A stretch of 64,000 nucleotides of DNA from the NCBI GenBank assembly GCA_965232515.1, contig CBDDPY010000002.1:3040001-3104000 (forward strand), given 5' to 3'. Of this stretch, positions 51,557-62,167 are shown in pieces. Under the pieces are notes generated by a model. It was not told where the DNA came from. It did not search any database and worked only from the letters and a program-made list of their open reading frames with translations. Position 1 is the stretch's first letter; every line of letters begins with the position of its first letter. Both the position numbers and the translations under genes were made by a program. Source of the DNA: Alphaproteobacteria bacterium. GTDB taxonomy: Bacteria; Pseudomonadota; Alphaproteobacteria; GCA-2731375.

Positions 51557-51777
51557 GAATCACCCTTGCGCTTTCGTCGAGGCATAACAAATCACACCTG
51601 CGCCCCCGGATTACTGGATCTTATGTACACTACGGTTAAAGACGCGAACAACCGGAGAGCCTGGACGTCACCAGTACGTCACCCCCGAACAGGGGCGGCA
51701 GTCTTGCCATTTTGTCCTGTGAAATCAAACGGTAAGCCAGACCGGTCGACACGGCGAGACGGCGGTGCGGGGCGTTC

Positions 51778-51792
51778 GCGACCAAATGTCGC
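51778..51792. promoter_or_regulatory. Putative RegA/PrrA/RegR box GCGAC-N5-GTCGC
   Basis: GCGACCAAATGTCGC, a perfect dyad with AT-rich core, in the ctaC/tldD divergent region. Confidence 0.55.
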
Positions 51793-51950
51793 AGAAATAT
51801 TAAGAAAGTCGCGTCCAACCTCACGAGCCGCGGCCGTTGTTCAGGTCGCCTAGCCGGGGGTGACGATGGCGCTCCGGCGCGCCATATTGACAACGGAGAC
51901 ACCGATTCACGCCGTCGCGCCGGCGGCAACCGACGAAGGGATTTTCCCGC

Positions 51951-53384
51951 ATGACCGATCGCCTCGACGCCAAGGATCTGTTCTTCAAGCGCACCGATCT
52001 GGACGAGACCAAGACCGAGGCGATCGTCGCCGAGGCTTTGAAGGACTGCGAGGACGGGGAGCTGTTCCTCGAGTACCGGCAGACCGAAAGTTTCGCGTTC
52101 GACGACGGCCGGTTGCGTAGCGCCAGCTTCGATACCAATCAGGGTTTCGGCCTGCGTGCGGTGGCGGGCGAATCGACCGGCTACGCGCATGCCTCCGAAT
52201 TGTCGGAAGACGCCATCCGCCGCGCCTCGGACGCGGTCCAGGCGGTAAAGGCCGGCCATTCCGGCACGCTCGCCGACGCCCCGCCCGGCACCAACCGGAC
52301 GCTCTATCCCGACGACAGCCCCCTGAATGAGGTCGAGTTCGGCGCCAAGGTCAAGCTGTTGGAGGATATCGATGCGTACGCCCGCAACGCCGACGAGCGT
52401 GTGCGGCAGGTGTCGGCTTCGCTGTTCGGCGAATGGCAGGCGGTCGAGATCATCCGCGCTGACGGCAAGCGGGTGCGCGACGTGCGGCCGCTGGTCCGCC
52501 TGAATGTCGGTATTGTCGTCGGCGACGGCGATCGGCAGGAGTCAGGCAGCCACGGTGTCGGCGGCCGGCTGGGCTACATCGATCATATCAAGGCGGAAAA
52601 CTGGCAGGCCCAGGTCGACGAGGCGCTGCGGCAGGCGGTGGTGAACCTGGACTCGGTGCCGGCGCCGGCGGGCGAAATGGATGTGGTGCTGGGGCCGGGC
52701 TGGCCGGGCATTCTCCTGCACGAGGCCATCGGCCATGGCCTGGAAGGCGATTTCAACCGCAAGCAGACTTCGGCGTTCGCCGGCCTGATGGGCCAGCGCG
52801 TGGCCAGCGACGGCGTTACCGTGGTGGACGACGGCACGCTCGACGGCCGGCGCGGCTCGCTGACCGTCGACGACGAGGGCACGCCCAGCGAATACACCGT
52901 GCTGATCGAAGACGGCATTTTGAAAGGCTATATGCAGGACCGCCTGAACGCCCGGCTGATGGGTGTGGCGCCGACCGGCAACGGCCGCCGGCAGAGCCAC
53001 GCCCACATGCCGATGCCGCGCATGACCAACACCTACATGCTGGCCGGCGACCGCGACCCGCAGGAGATCATTTCCGGCGTCACCAACGGTATCTATGCGG
53101 TCAATTTCGGCGGCGGCCAGGTCGACATCACCAGCGGCAAATTCGTCTTCACCTGCACCGAGGCCTATCGCATCGAGGACGGCAAGGTCGGCGCGCCGGT
53201 GAAGGGCGCGACGCTGATTGGCAATGGGCCCGACGCGCTGACCCGCGTGAAGGCGATCGGCAACGACCTGCAGCTCGACACCGGCATCGGCACCTGCGGC
53301 AAGAACGGCCAGGGCGTGCCCGTCGGCGTCGGCCAGCCGACGCTGCATCTTGAGGCGCTGACCGTCGGCGGCACCGCCGCCTGA
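51951..53384 (+). CDS. tldD: Metalloprotease TldD
   Basis: GFGLRAV.GE, D.RPLVR, LHEAIGHGLEGDFNR, RMTNTYM, CGK.GQ. Confidence 0.95.
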   Translation: MTDRLDAKDLFFKRTDLDETKTEAIVAEALKDCEDGELFLEYRQTESFAFDDGRLRSASFDTNQGFGLRAVAGESTGYAHASELSEDAIRRASDAVQAVKAGHSGTLADAPPGTNRTLYPDDSPLNEVEFGAKVKLLEDIDAYARNADERVRQVSASLFGEWQAVEIIRADGKRVRDVRPLVRLNVGIVVGDGDRQESGSHGVGGRLGYIDHIKAENWQAQVDEALRQAVVNLDSVPAPAGEMDVVLGPGWPGILLHEAIGHGLEGDFNRKQTSAFAGLMGQRVASDGVTVVDDGTLDGRRGSLTVDDEGTPSEYTVLIEDGILKGYMQDRLNARLMGVAPTGNGRRQSHAHMPMPRMTNTYMLAGDRDPQEIISGVTNGIYAVNFGGGQVDITSGKFVFTCTEAYRIEDGKVGAPVKGATLIGNGPDALTRVKAIGNDLQLDTGIGTCGKNGQGVPVGVGQPTLHLEALTVGGTAA

Positions 53385-53388
53385 GCAG

Positions 53389-53685
53389 TCAGAAGGCGCC
53401 GTCGACGAGCAGGATGTCGGCCTTGGAGCCGGCCTTGCGACGCTCGATGAAGGGCGCGTAGTCCGGATCGTTGTACCAGGCGCGCGCGGCCGCCATGTCC
53501 GGAAACTCGATCACGACGAGGGCGTCGGGCACGGTCGGCGCACCCTCCAGCGCCTCGGTGTCACCGGCGAAGGCCAGGTACCGGCCGCCGTGCTTTTCGA
53601 CCAGCTTCGTGACCTCGGCGCCGTAGTCGCCCTCCGACCATGACTCGTCCCAGACCGTGAAATAGCCGATCGCGTAAGCCGTCAT
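53389..53685 (-). CDS. DUF1330 family protein
   Basis: KHGGRYL, VVIEFPD..AARAWY.DPDY. Confidence 0.88.
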   Translation of the reverse strand: MTAYAIGYFTVWDESWSEGDYGAEVTKLVEKHGGRYLAFAGDTEALEGAPTVPDALVVIEFPDMAAARAWYNDPDYAPFIERRKAGSKADILLVDGAF

Positions 53686-53748
53686 CGCCGCCTCCCGATT
53701 CGTTGCCACCGGCATGATCGGCGATTGCCTAAGCCGGTGCAAACACGG

Positions 53749-55461
53749 CTACCGCCGCCTGCGGAAGCCGACCGATGTCAGCAAGGCGAGCAGGAACAGC
53801 GACCAACCGGGCGGCCCCGGCACCGCCTTGGCCTCAAACGTGAAAAACACCTTGTCCTGGATCTCGTCCGCGCCGGTGTTCCAACGGATCAGGTCGGCGA
53901 GCGACAACGAGTCGAGCCAGGCGATCGTTTCGGCACCGAACCGGCCGGCGGCATACCAGAACGGGTCGCCGTCCCTGAGCGCCTCGAACTGCTCCTTCAG
54001 GACGGTATGCAGGAGCTCGCCGACAACGCCGTCGCCGAACGGGTCCTCGGCCAGCGCGCCGACCCAGAAGTCGATGCCATCGGGGTTCATGATGCCGTTT
54101 TCAGAATAGGCATCGAAGACATGCTGCGGGATCGGCAGATCCGTGGTGCCGAGCGCATCGAGCCCGAGCAGAAGCCGAGCCTCCTCGTAACTCGGCAAGC
54201 CATGATCGCGGCCGCGCTGGATGTTCAGCGCGAACAGATCGACCAGGATCGCCATGCCCGGGCCCGTGATCAGGTTGTTGCGGACGGCATCGACGATCTG
54301 GTTGTCGATGGTCTGTGCATAGCGCTCGGCGAGACCGCGGAACACGGCATCGACACCGACGTCCTGCAGGCAGGTCGGATTGAAGAAGCAGTCGCCGAGC
54401 GGACGCACCTCGGTCGACCCGTCGCCGAAGCGGAAATGGAATTCATTGGAGAGCTGCGTATGCCCGAACCGGAACGTTCCCGTCGAAAACACGTTGCTGA
54501 TCGAGGGATCGACGTCGTCGCGGTAACCGGCATAGTCCGACAGCGCATCCGTTCCCAGCACCGTCGGCAGGTATTCGTTGACGGTGATAGCCTGGACCTG
54601 CGCGGCGACGATCTCGCGCGCGCGGTGATAGACCTGATCGCCGGAGAGGCCGGGATCGGCGGCTTTGATCCCATCGGCCAAGCGGTTGTGCTCGCGTAGA
54701 AACAGCGTGTGCAATGCGGTCAGCGCCGGATTTTCATTCGCGCGCTCATCGCCGGCGACGAACTGGCCGGAAGGATCGACGGGCAGCATGTCGCCCGCCG
54801 AGGTGCGGAGCTTGCCCGAGCCGTCATTCGCCCGCAGCGCGTTCGCCTGCGTTGCGTCAGACCCGTAAACGAACGAGGCGTCGATCCAGCTGGTGATTTG
54901 GTTGATCTGCTGTCGCGGCGTCGATCCGCCTGTCGCCGGATCGAAACGCGAGCGTTCGAACGGGATGGCGCCGGCGGCGCCGACGCTGTCGCCCGGCGGA
55001 ATCGGAATGTCGAACGATTCAGGGGCCAAGGTCGGCGGCTGGGTCAAATTGGTGTCGTGCGCCAGCATTTGGCCGAAGGCCCAGACCATGTCGCTCAAGC
55101 CGCGCGTATTGGGATTGGACGCGGTCTGCGCGCCGAGCTGGTTGCTGAGCTGGCGCGGATTCGGCCGCGCGGCGCCGGCCGGACTGTCGTTGCCGTCGGC
55201 ATAGCCGGACGACAGCCTTCGGCGAAGTTGTGTGCCCGCCCGACCGTAGGACGGATCGGCGGCCGCCACGTAAGAGCCGTCGAACGATCGGAAATCGCCG
55301 AAAACGTCGAAGCTGTCGGGAAAGGCCGTGATCACCTTGGCCTGTACCAGCGCCGGCAGCACGCACACGGCCATCCCCGGCCCGAAACCGGTTCGGATGG
55401 CGCGACCGCATCGTCGCAGAAACTTGCGATGCCGACGCATGGCCCCCACAGCAACTTTCAT
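53749..55461 (-). CDS. Heme peroxidase (peroxidase-cyclooxygenase superfamily) with PEP-CTERM-like C-terminus
   Basis: FGQMLAHD, ITSWIDAS.VYG, AGDERANE, FLREHNR, FRFGH, NIQRGRDHG, LRDGD; ends VPGPPGWSLFLLALLTSVGFRRRR; start uncertain. Confidence 0.88.
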   Translation of the reverse strand: MKVAVGAMRRHRKFLRRCGRAIRTGFGPGMAVCVLPALVQAKVITAFPDSFDVFGDFRSFDGSYVAAADPSYGRAGTQLRRRLSSGYADGNDSPAGAARPNPRQLSNQLGAQTASNPNTRGLSDMVWAFGQMLAHDTNLTQPPTLAPESFDIPIPPGDSVGAAGAIPFERSRFDPATGGSTPRQQINQITSWIDASFVYGSDATQANALRANDGSGKLRTSAGDMLPVDPSGQFVAGDERANENPALTALHTLFLREHNRLADGIKAADPGLSGDQVYHRAREIVAAQVQAITVNEYLPTVLGTDALSDYAGYRDDVDPSISNVFSTGTFRFGHTQLSNEFHFRFGDGSTEVRPLGDCFFNPTCLQDVGVDAVFRGLAERYAQTIDNQIVDAVRNNLITGPGMAILVDLFALNIQRGRDHGLPSYEEARLLLGLDALGTTDLPIPQHVFDAYSENGIMNPDGIDFWVGALAEDPFGDGVVGELLHTVLKEQFEALRDGDPFWYAAGRFGAETIAWLDSLSLADLIRWNTGADEIQDKVFFTFEAKAVPGPPGWSLFLLALLTSVGFRRRR

Positions 55462-55562
55462 CCGCCGCGTGATCGCGGGCGGATCGATTACACCTAGCAG
55501 TCGAAGATGGTAGGCACATCCCCCATTTGGGGGTCAAGCCCCTGGTGCGATCCAGCGATCAG

Positions 55563-56933
55563 TCAGTAGGCGCACTCGGTGAACAGCGGATCGACCGAGC
55601 CCTGCCAGCGGCCGTGGAAGCGTTCCAGCAGTTCTTCGGCCGGCGTCGTGCCCCGGTCGACGATGAGCTGCAGCGCCTCGAGATACTCCGTTTCGTCCGG
55701 CGCTGTACTGCCCTGGCGTCCGCGCGCCTTCAGACCGGACTCGGCGATGGCGATGACCTCGGCGGCAATGTCGCGCACCGCCCGGCCCCGGAACGCGGTT
55801 GCCAGCGCCGTCCGCGGCACCTCGTTGCGCAGCGTCTCGCGCTCCTCGGCCGTCCAGTCCTTGACCAGGTCCCAGGCCGCGTCCAGCGCAGAGCCGTCAT
55901 AGAGCAGGCCGACCCAGAGCGCCGGCAGCGCGCAGAGCCGGGCCCAGGGCCCGCCGTCGGCGCCGCGCATCTCCAGGAACCGCTTCATGCGGACTTCCGG
56001 GAACAGCGTCGTCAGATGGTCTTCCCAGTCGCGGATCGTCGGCCGCTCGCCCGGCAGGGCCGGCAGCTCGCCGGCCATGAACGACCGGAAGGACTGGCCG
56101 GTGGCGTCGATATACTTGCCGTCCCGGTAGACGAAATACATCGGCACGTCGAGCGCGTGGTCGGCATAGGCCTCAAAGCCGAAGCCGTCATCGAACACGA
56201 ACGGCAGCATGCCGGTGCGGTCGGGATCGGTATCGGTCCAGATATGGCTGCGGAAGCTGAGGAAACCGTTCGGCTGGTTCTCGGTGAACGGTGAATTGGC
56301 GAACAGCGCCGTCGCGATCGGCTGCAGTGCCAGGCCGACCCGGAACTTCTTCACCATGTCGGCTTCCGACGCGAAGTCCAGGTTCACCTGCACCGTGCAG
56401 GAGCGGAACATCATGTCGAGACCGAGATCGCCCTTGGCCGGCATATAACGCCGCATCAGGCCGTAGCGGCCCTTCGGCATCAGCGGCATGTCGGCGCGCG
56501 ACCATTTCGGATTGAAGCCGAGGCCGATGAAGCCGGCGCCGATCTCGCCCGCGACCTCCTTCACTTGGGCCAGGTGGGTATGCACCTCGTCGCAGGTCTG
56601 ATGCAGGGTTTCGAGCGCGGCGCCGGACAGTTCGAACTGTCCGCCCGGCTCGAGCGAGACCGAGGCGCCGCCCATGCTCAGCGCGATGACGTTGTCGCCC
56701 TCCATGACCGGCTGCCAGCCGAACCGCTGCAGGCCCTCCAGCATGGCACGGATGCCGCGATCGCCCGCATATTCGAGCGGCCGCAGATCGTCCAGGTGAT
56801 AGCCGAATTTTTCGTGTTCGGTGCCGATACGCCACGCGGACGCCGGCTTGCAGCCCTGCGCCAGATATTCGACGAGTTCGCGCTCGCTCGCGACCGGGCC
56901 AACCGGCACCTTGGACGGACTTAACATCGGCAT
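55563..56933 (-). CDS. gshA: Glutamate--cysteine ligase
   Basis: [40 protein letters not shown]. Confidence 0.96.
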   Translation of the reverse strand: MPMLSPSKVPVGPVASERELVEYLAQGCKPASAWRIGTEHEKFGYHLDDLRPLEYAGDRGIRAMLEGLQRFGWQPVMEGDNVIALSMGGASVSLEPGGQFELSGAALETLHQTCDEVHTHLAQVKEVAGEIGAGFIGLGFNPKWSRADMPLMPKGRYGLMRRYMPAKGDLGLDMMFRSCTVQVNLDFASEADMVKKFRVGLALQPIATALFANSPFTENQPNGFLSFRSHIWTDTDPDRTGMLPFVFDDGFGFEAYADHALDVPMYFVYRDGKYIDATGQSFRSFMAGELPALPGERPTIRDWEDHLTTLFPEVRMKRFLEMRGADGGPWARLCALPALWVGLLYDGSALDAAWDLVKDWTAEERETLRNEVPRTALATAFRGRAVRDIAAEVIAIAESGLKARGRQGSTAPDETEYLEALQLIVDRGTTPAEELLERFHGRWQGSVDPLFTECAY

Positions 56934-57015
56934 CGCTTAGCGGAACCGACGGGCGGATGCAAGCCCTTGGCACGCATGGCAAATATGCGCTGATCGCCGG
57001 CGTTTGACGGCCGCA

Positions 57016-57753
57016 CTAGCGGCAGTCGCCGAGGATCCCCTGCCAGAGAGTCAGCGCCGCCAGCGCCGCCGTCTCGGCGCGCAGGATACGGGGACCCAGG
57101 CTGACCGGCGTGACGAAAGCTTCGCCACGTAGCCGCTCGCGCTCATCGGCCTCGAAACCACCCTCCGGGCCGACCAGAACCGCCCAGTCGCCCGTCGGCG
57201 CGCCGGCCAGCGCCGCCGGCAGCGGCGGCGCCGTCCCGGCTTCGTCGCAGAACAGCAGCCGCCGGCCGCTCGGCCAGGCATCGAGAAGGTCCGGCAGCGA
57301 CGCCATCGGGCGCACGTCAGGCACGGTCAGGCGACCGCACTGCTCTGCGGCCTCGATGGCGTTGGCCTGGAAGCGCTCGAGATTGATACGATCGGCGACC
57401 GTGCGCCGGGTCGTGACCGGTTGCAGCACCGCGACACCCAGTTCGGTCGCCTTCTGCGCCAGGAAGTCGGTACCGGCGCGCTTGACCGGGGCGAACACCA
57501 GCCAGAGGTCGGGGCCCGCGGCCTGCGGCCGCAACGGCTCGACCGGTCGCAACAGGCTGTCGCGCTTGCCGACGGCGTCGATCTCGGCACGCCATTCGCC
57601 GTCGCGCCCGTTGAACACCGCGATCTCGTCGCCCGGCGCGCTGCGCATCACATGGCTCAGGTAGTGCGCCGAATTGCCGCTGACCGGAAACTGACTGCCG
57701 GCCGTAAGATCGTCCGTGACGTAGAGCCGGATTTTCGGGCGCGATGGCGGCAT
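57016..57753 (-). CDS. rsmE: 16S rRNA m3U1498 methyltransferase
   Basis: HYL..VMR, QKATELG, EAAEQC.R, VGPEGGF, LGPRILRAETA. Confidence 0.96.
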   Translation of the reverse strand: MPPSRPKIRLYVTDDLTAGSQFPVSGNSAHYLSHVMRSAPGDEIAVFNGRDGEWRAEIDAVGKRDSLLRPVEPLRPQAAGPDLWLVFAPVKRAGTDFLAQKATELGVAVLQPVTTRRTVADRINLERFQANAIEAAEQCGRLTVPDVRPMASLPDLLDAWPSGRRLLFCDEAGTAPPLPAALAGAPTGDWAVLVGPEGGFEADERERLRGEAFVTPVSLGPRILRAETAALAALTLWQGILGDCR

Positions 57754-57792
57754 GCTTGTCGGGTCCCGGTTAAGACGCTATGAGCCTAACCT

Positions 57793-58713
57793 ATGGTGGC
57801 CGGACGCAGAATCGATATCACCTCGGCCCGCACCGACATCCGGCCCGACCACTGGACGCTGCGGGCGGCGCCGGCGGCCTGGCGGCCCTACCTGCGGCTG
57901 GCGCGCCTCGACCGCCCGATCGGCACCTGGCTGCTGCTCTGGCCGTGCTGGTGGTCGCTGGCGCTGGCGGCCGACGGCTGGCCCGATCCGGTGCTGTTCC
58001 TCCTGTTCGGCCTCGGCGCGCTGATCATGCGCGGCGCCGGCTGTTGCTGGAACGACATCACCGACCGCGACTATGACGGCCGGGTCGAGCGCACCGCGGC
58101 CCGGCCGATCCCAAGCGGCGAGATCAGCGTTACCCAGGCCGTCGTCTTCATGATCTGCCTGTCACTCGCCGGTCTCGGCATCCTGCTGACATTCAACGCC
58201 TTCGCCATCCTGGTCGGCGTCGCCTCGCTGCTGCCGGTGGCGGTCTATCCGTTCATGAAGCGGATCACCTGGTGGCCGCAATTCTTCCTCGGCATCGCCT
58301 TCAACTGGGGCGCCCTGCTGGGCTGGGCGGCGGTCCGCGGCGAGCTCGGCTGGGCGCCGCTGCTGCTCTATGTCGGCGGCATCGCCTGGACACTGGGCTA
58401 CGACACCATTTATGCGCACCAGGACAAGGAAGACGACGCACTGATTGGCGTGAAGTCGTCGGCGCGGCGGCTCGGCGCCGGCACGCGGCCAGCGTTATGG
58501 GCGTTCTATGCCGTCGCCATTGCGCTGTTCACGGCAGCCGGCTGGACGGTCGGCCTCGGTTGGCCGTTCTATGCCGGCATGGCGGTCGCCGCCGCGCAGC
58601 TCGCCTGGCAGGCGGCGCGGACCGATTTCGACGACCCCGGCAATTGCCTCACGGCGTTCAGGTCCAACACCTGGTTCGGCTGGATCGTGCTGGCCGCCGT
58701 TGTCGCCGGCTGA
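57793..58713 (+). CDS. ubiA: 4-hydroxybenzoate polyprenyltransferase
   Basis: RLDRPIG.WLL, ND..DRD.D..V.RT..RPIPSG, YDTIYAHQDKEDD. Confidence 0.96.
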   Translation: MVAGRRIDITSARTDIRPDHWTLRAAPAAWRPYLRLARLDRPIGTWLLLWPCWWSLALAADGWPDPVLFLLFGLGALIMRGAGCCWNDITDRDYDGRVERTAARPIPSGEISVTQAVVFMICLSLAGLGILLTFNAFAILVGVASLLPVAVYPFMKRITWWPQFFLGIAFNWGALLGWAAVRGELGWAPLLLYVGGIAWTLGYDTIYAHQDKEDDALIGVKSSARRLGAGTRPALWAFYAVAIALFTAAGWTVGLGWPFYAGMAVAAAQLAWQAARTDFDDPGNCLTAFRSNTWFGWIVLAAVVAG

Positions 58714-58717
58714 GCGC

Positions 58718-59041
58718 CTATTCCGCCGCCTCCTTCTTCGGCTTGCCGAAGTCGTAGTGCGGCGCGACGCGGTAGGGCAGCACCTCGATATCCCGCCAGA
58801 CGTCGCCGGTGACGTAGGGGTCGGTGCGCAGCCATTCGTCCAGCTCCTCGCGGCTGTCGAACTCGGCGACCGCGGCCGAGCCGATCATGCCGCCGTCGTC
58901 GCCCAGCAGCGCCCCGCCGATCAGCAGGTGGCCGTCCGCCTGAAGTCGTGATGCGTTGGCGAGATGCGCTTCGCGGGCCGCAAGGCGCCGCTGCAGCGCC
59001 TCTGCGTCGGTGCCGTCGCGGGCGATAATCAGGAACTGCAT
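58718..59041 (-). CDS. YciI family protein
   Basis: RRLA.REAHL, GG.LL.DDG.MIGS, DPYV...VW; ATG 59041 with GGGAG RBS. Confidence 0.9.
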   Translation of the reverse strand: MQFLIIARDGTDAEALQRRLAAREAHLANASRLQADGHLLIGGALLGDDGGMIGSAAVAEFDSREELDEWLRTDPYVTGDVWRDIEVLPYRVAPHYDFGKPKKEAAE

Positions 59042-59067
59042 ATCGGTCTCCCTCGCTTCCTCGTGTC

Positions 59068-60150
59068 TCAATCGACCTTGAATTCGCGCATCACCTCGCG
59101 CTTCACGGTCAGGCCGTGGCCCGGACGTTCCGGAGCGCGGAAAACGCCGTTCTCGGGCAGCACCGGCTCGACCCAGAGATCGTCCAGCCAGCCCATGTAT
59201 TCGATCATGTGCGCGTTCGGGATCGACGCCATCAGCTGCACCATCAGCTCGGAGAACAGGTGCGGCGCCATCGTCATGCCCCAGGTATCTGCCAGCACCG
59301 CGATCTTGCGCAGCTCGGTCAGGCCGCCACGCATGACGTCGGGCTGCAGGATCGGCAGCTTCGGGTTCTCCAGGAACGGCCGCAGGTCGAAGCGGGTGAA
59401 ATGGCTCTCGCCGCCGACGATGCGTAGGTCGAGCGCGTCCGCGATCCGCATGTAGCCGGCGAAATCCTCGGCCACGACCGGCTCTTCCAGCCAATAGACG
59501 TCGTAGTCCTCGAACTTGCGGCCGGCCTGGATGGCCTGATCGGCGGTCCAGCCCATGTTGACGTCGATCATGATATCGATGTCGGGTCCCAGCGCCTCGC
59601 GCATCTGCCGGACGTGCGCCACATCGGTGCGCCAGTCGTGCAAATGCGCCACCTGCATCTTGATGGCGTCGAAGCCCTGGTCGACATAGCGCTGCGCCTT
59701 TTCGACCATGCCGTCGCCGCCCAGGCCGCGCCAGCAGCCGCTGCCGTAGGCCGGGATCTCGTCGCGGCAATGTCCCCACAGCCGGTGCAGCGGCAGATTG
59801 GCGCGTTTGCCCAAAATATCCCAAAGCGCGATGTCGACCGCCGACATGGCGAACAGCGCCACGCCCATGCGGCCGATCCAGTATGTGCCGCGCCAGAGGT
59901 CCTGCCAGATGCCCTCGATGTCGCTGGCGTCACGGCCGACGAGGCGCGGCGCGATCAGCTCGTTCAGGCAGGCCTCGACCGTCTTCAGGCCGCCGCCCAG
60001 CAGCTGCAGATAGCCCATGCCGACGAGCCCTGAAGCCGTCTCGACCTCGACCACCACCAGTTCGCGGAACTGCTCGATGCTGAGCCCGGCCCGCGGCGGC
60101 TCGACCCAGGGCACACGCAGCAGCGTGGTGCGAATTTCCTTGACGATCAT
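59068..60150 (-). CDS. Mandelate racemase / muconate lactonizing enzyme family protein
   Basis: AMSAVDIALWD, IMIDVN, WLEEP, GGES, QPD, PERPGHG. Confidence 0.92.
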   Translation of the reverse strand: MIVKEIRTTLLRVPWVEPPRAGLSIEQFRELVVVEVETASGLVGMGYLQLLGGGLKTVEACLNELIAPRLVGRDASDIEGIWQDLWRGTYWIGRMGVALFAMSAVDIALWDILGKRANLPLHRLWGHCRDEIPAYGSGCWRGLGGDGMVEKAQRYVDQGFDAIKMQVAHLHDWRTDVAHVRQMREALGPDIDIMIDVNMGWTADQAIQAGRKFEDYDVYWLEEPVVAEDFAGYMRIADALDLRIVGGESHFTRFDLRPFLENPKLPILQPDVMRGGLTELRKIAVLADTWGMTMAPHLFSELMVQLMASIPNAHMIEYMGWLDDLWVEPVLPENGVFRAPERPGHGLTVKREVMREFKVD

Positions 60151-60269
60151 GCTTGAGAGGCCTCCATCCCGATACCAGATCATAGCAAGTGCAGCGCCGC
60201 GGGGCCTGCACTTCCCGCCCGTGTTCCGGCGACTGTAGAATTGGCGCAAGCGACGATGGAGATCCAGCC

Positions 60270-60635
60270 ATGCTTCTGGGGCCGATCGATGCCATTCGCG
60301 TCTTTACATTCGATATGCGGACGGCGCGGCCGTTCTACACTGATACTCTGGGCCTGAAGGCCACCCTGACCACCGACGACATCGCCGTTTTCGACACCGG
60401 CGGGGCGCGCCTGATCCTGGAAACCGCGAACCCCGACGACGCGGAGGAACGTGAACTGGTCGGCCGCTTTGTCGGTCTGTCCTTCGCCGTCGATAATATC
60501 GACAGCGTCTGCACCGAATTGCAGAACCGGGGCGCACGATTGGACGACCCGCCGGCGCAGCAGGACTGGGGCGGCACCTTGGCCCATGTCCAGGATCCGG
60601 ACGGCAATATTCTGACGCTGGTTCAGTATCCCTGA
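60270..60635 (+). CDS. VOC/glyoxalase family protein
   Basis: ARPFY.DTLGL, SFAVDNID, WGG..A...DPDGN. Confidence 0.88.
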   Translation: MLLGPIDAIRVFTFDMRTARPFYTDTLGLKATLTTDDIAVFDTGGARLILETANPDDAEERELVGRFVGLSFAVDNIDSVCTELQNRGARLDDPPAQQDWGGTLAHVQDPDGNILTLVQYP

Positions 60636-60856
60636 GATTGTCCCGGCAGGCGTGTTTTCCCGCAATCGATCCACACAGGCGGGGGTGCTGCGCTCTGTGA
60701 AACCTGGGGAGAATCGGCTAAACCCGCGTAACTTTGGCCGCCGGCGGGGCCCGTCCTGTGGACAAACCGGCGCATGAAGCATCGGCAAATTTCCGTTAAG
60801 TTATTGCAACATAAGTGTTATTTTCCATCCGACGAAGCGAGAGCGGATTGACGCGG

Positions 60857-62038
60857 ATGAGCGTGGATACCCTGAACGACCGGCCCGACCCGGACACCGA
60901 CGATCTGTTTGCCGACGCCGGCACGACGCCGGCACGAAAGGCCTCGACTCGGGCCGGTATCCTGCCCTCCTCGGCGCTGACGGAGATGATCCACGCCGGC
61001 CAGATCCAGGCGACGGAGCCGATCGGCAAGGGCCAGATCCAGCCGGCCAGCCTGGACCTGCGGTTGGGCGAGCATGCCTATCGCGTACGGGCGAGCTTCC
61101 TGCCGGGCGCCCGATCGGGGGTGAAGGACAAGATCGACCAGTTCCGCATGCACCGCATCGATCTCACCGACGGCGCGGTGCTGGAGCGCGGCTGTGTCTA
61201 TATCGTGCCCCTGATGGAGCATCTGAAGCTGCCGGCCGGCATCTCGGCGATCGCCAATCCGAAGAGCTCGTCCGGTCGGCTCGACATTTTCACCCGGCTC
61301 ATTACCGACAACGCCGTCTCGTTCGACCGCGTCGAGGCCGGCTATCAGGGACGGCTTTACGCCGAAATTGCGCCGCGCACGTTCAGCGTGCTGGTCCGTA
61401 AGGGCACGCGGCTGAGCCAGGTTCGCTTCCGTCGTGGCAGCCGCGAGTTCACCGATGCCGATCTGAAACGCCTCCAGGAACATACGCCGCTGGTGCACGC
61501 GCCGGACGGCGGTCCCGACATCGCCAACGGCATCGCCGTTTCGGTCGACCTGAAGGGCACCGATGCGTCGCGCCTGATCGGCTACAAGGCCAGACGGCAC
61601 ACGGCGCTGATCGACGTGGAAAAGGTCGGCGAGTACGAAGCCGAGGAGTTCTGGGAGCCGATCTACAATCGCAACGACGAAGGGCTGATCCTGAACCCCG
61701 ACGATTTCTACATCCTGGCCTCGCGCGAGGCGGTCACCGTGCCGCCGGACCACGCCGCCGAGATGGTCGCCTACGACACGCTGGTCGGCGAATTCCGGGT
61801 GCATTATGCCGGCTTCTTCGATCCGGGCTTCGGCTATGCCGAGGCTGGGGGTCAGGGCACGCGGGCGGTCCTGGAAGTGCGCAGCCACGAGGTGCCGTTC
61901 CTGCTGGAGCATGGCCAGATCGTCGGCCGGCTGATCTACGACCGGCTGACCGACGTCCCCGACAAACTCTACGGCACCGACATGGGCTCGCACTACCAGC
62001 GCCAGGGCCTTGCGCTGGCCAAGCAGTTTCGCCGCTGA
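60857..62038 (+). CDS. dcd: dCTP deaminase (long alphaproteobacterial type)
   Basis: QIQPASLDLRLG, ANPKSSSGRLDIFTR, GEFRVHYAGFFDPGFG, YQRQGL.L.K. Confidence 0.93.
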   Translation: MSVDTLNDRPDPDTDDLFADAGTTPARKASTRAGILPSSALTEMIHAGQIQATEPIGKGQIQPASLDLRLGEHAYRVRASFLPGARSGVKDKIDQFRMHRIDLTDGAVLERGCVYIVPLMEHLKLPAGISAIANPKSSSGRLDIFTRLITDNAVSFDRVEAGYQGRLYAEIAPRTFSVLVRKGTRLSQVRFRRGSREFTDADLKRLQEHTPLVHAPDGGPDIANGIAVSVDLKGTDASRLIGYKARRHTALIDVEKVGEYEAEEFWEPIYNRNDEGLILNPDDFYILASREAVTVPPDHAAEMVAYDTLVGEFRVHYAGFFDPGFGYAEAGGQGTRAVLEVRSHEVPFLLEHGQIVGRLIYDRLTDVPDKLYGTDMGSHYQRQGLALAKQFRR

Positions 62039-62167
62039 GCCAGTTTCCTCCCCGATCCACGCGTTGCAAAAGGCGCGTGCGTTCCGTCCTGCTGTTGCGC
62101 TAACCTTTTCGCATTAATGGTCCCTAGGGGTCGTTAGGGACGCAATTTGCAGTGGGGAGGAAAGCAT

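Noticed and set aside
58718-59824. 368-aa ORF; similar over-extended ORFs for rnhA, rimJ, surf1, CDGSH and the lipoprotein
   Set aside because: Only the C-terminal parts carry family motifs, so starts were reassigned
60640-60830. Possible SAM riboswitch or DnaA boxes upstream of dcd (TGTGGACAA at 60757-60765)
   Set aside because: No SAM-II/alpha consensus found; a single one-mismatch 9-mer is not significant
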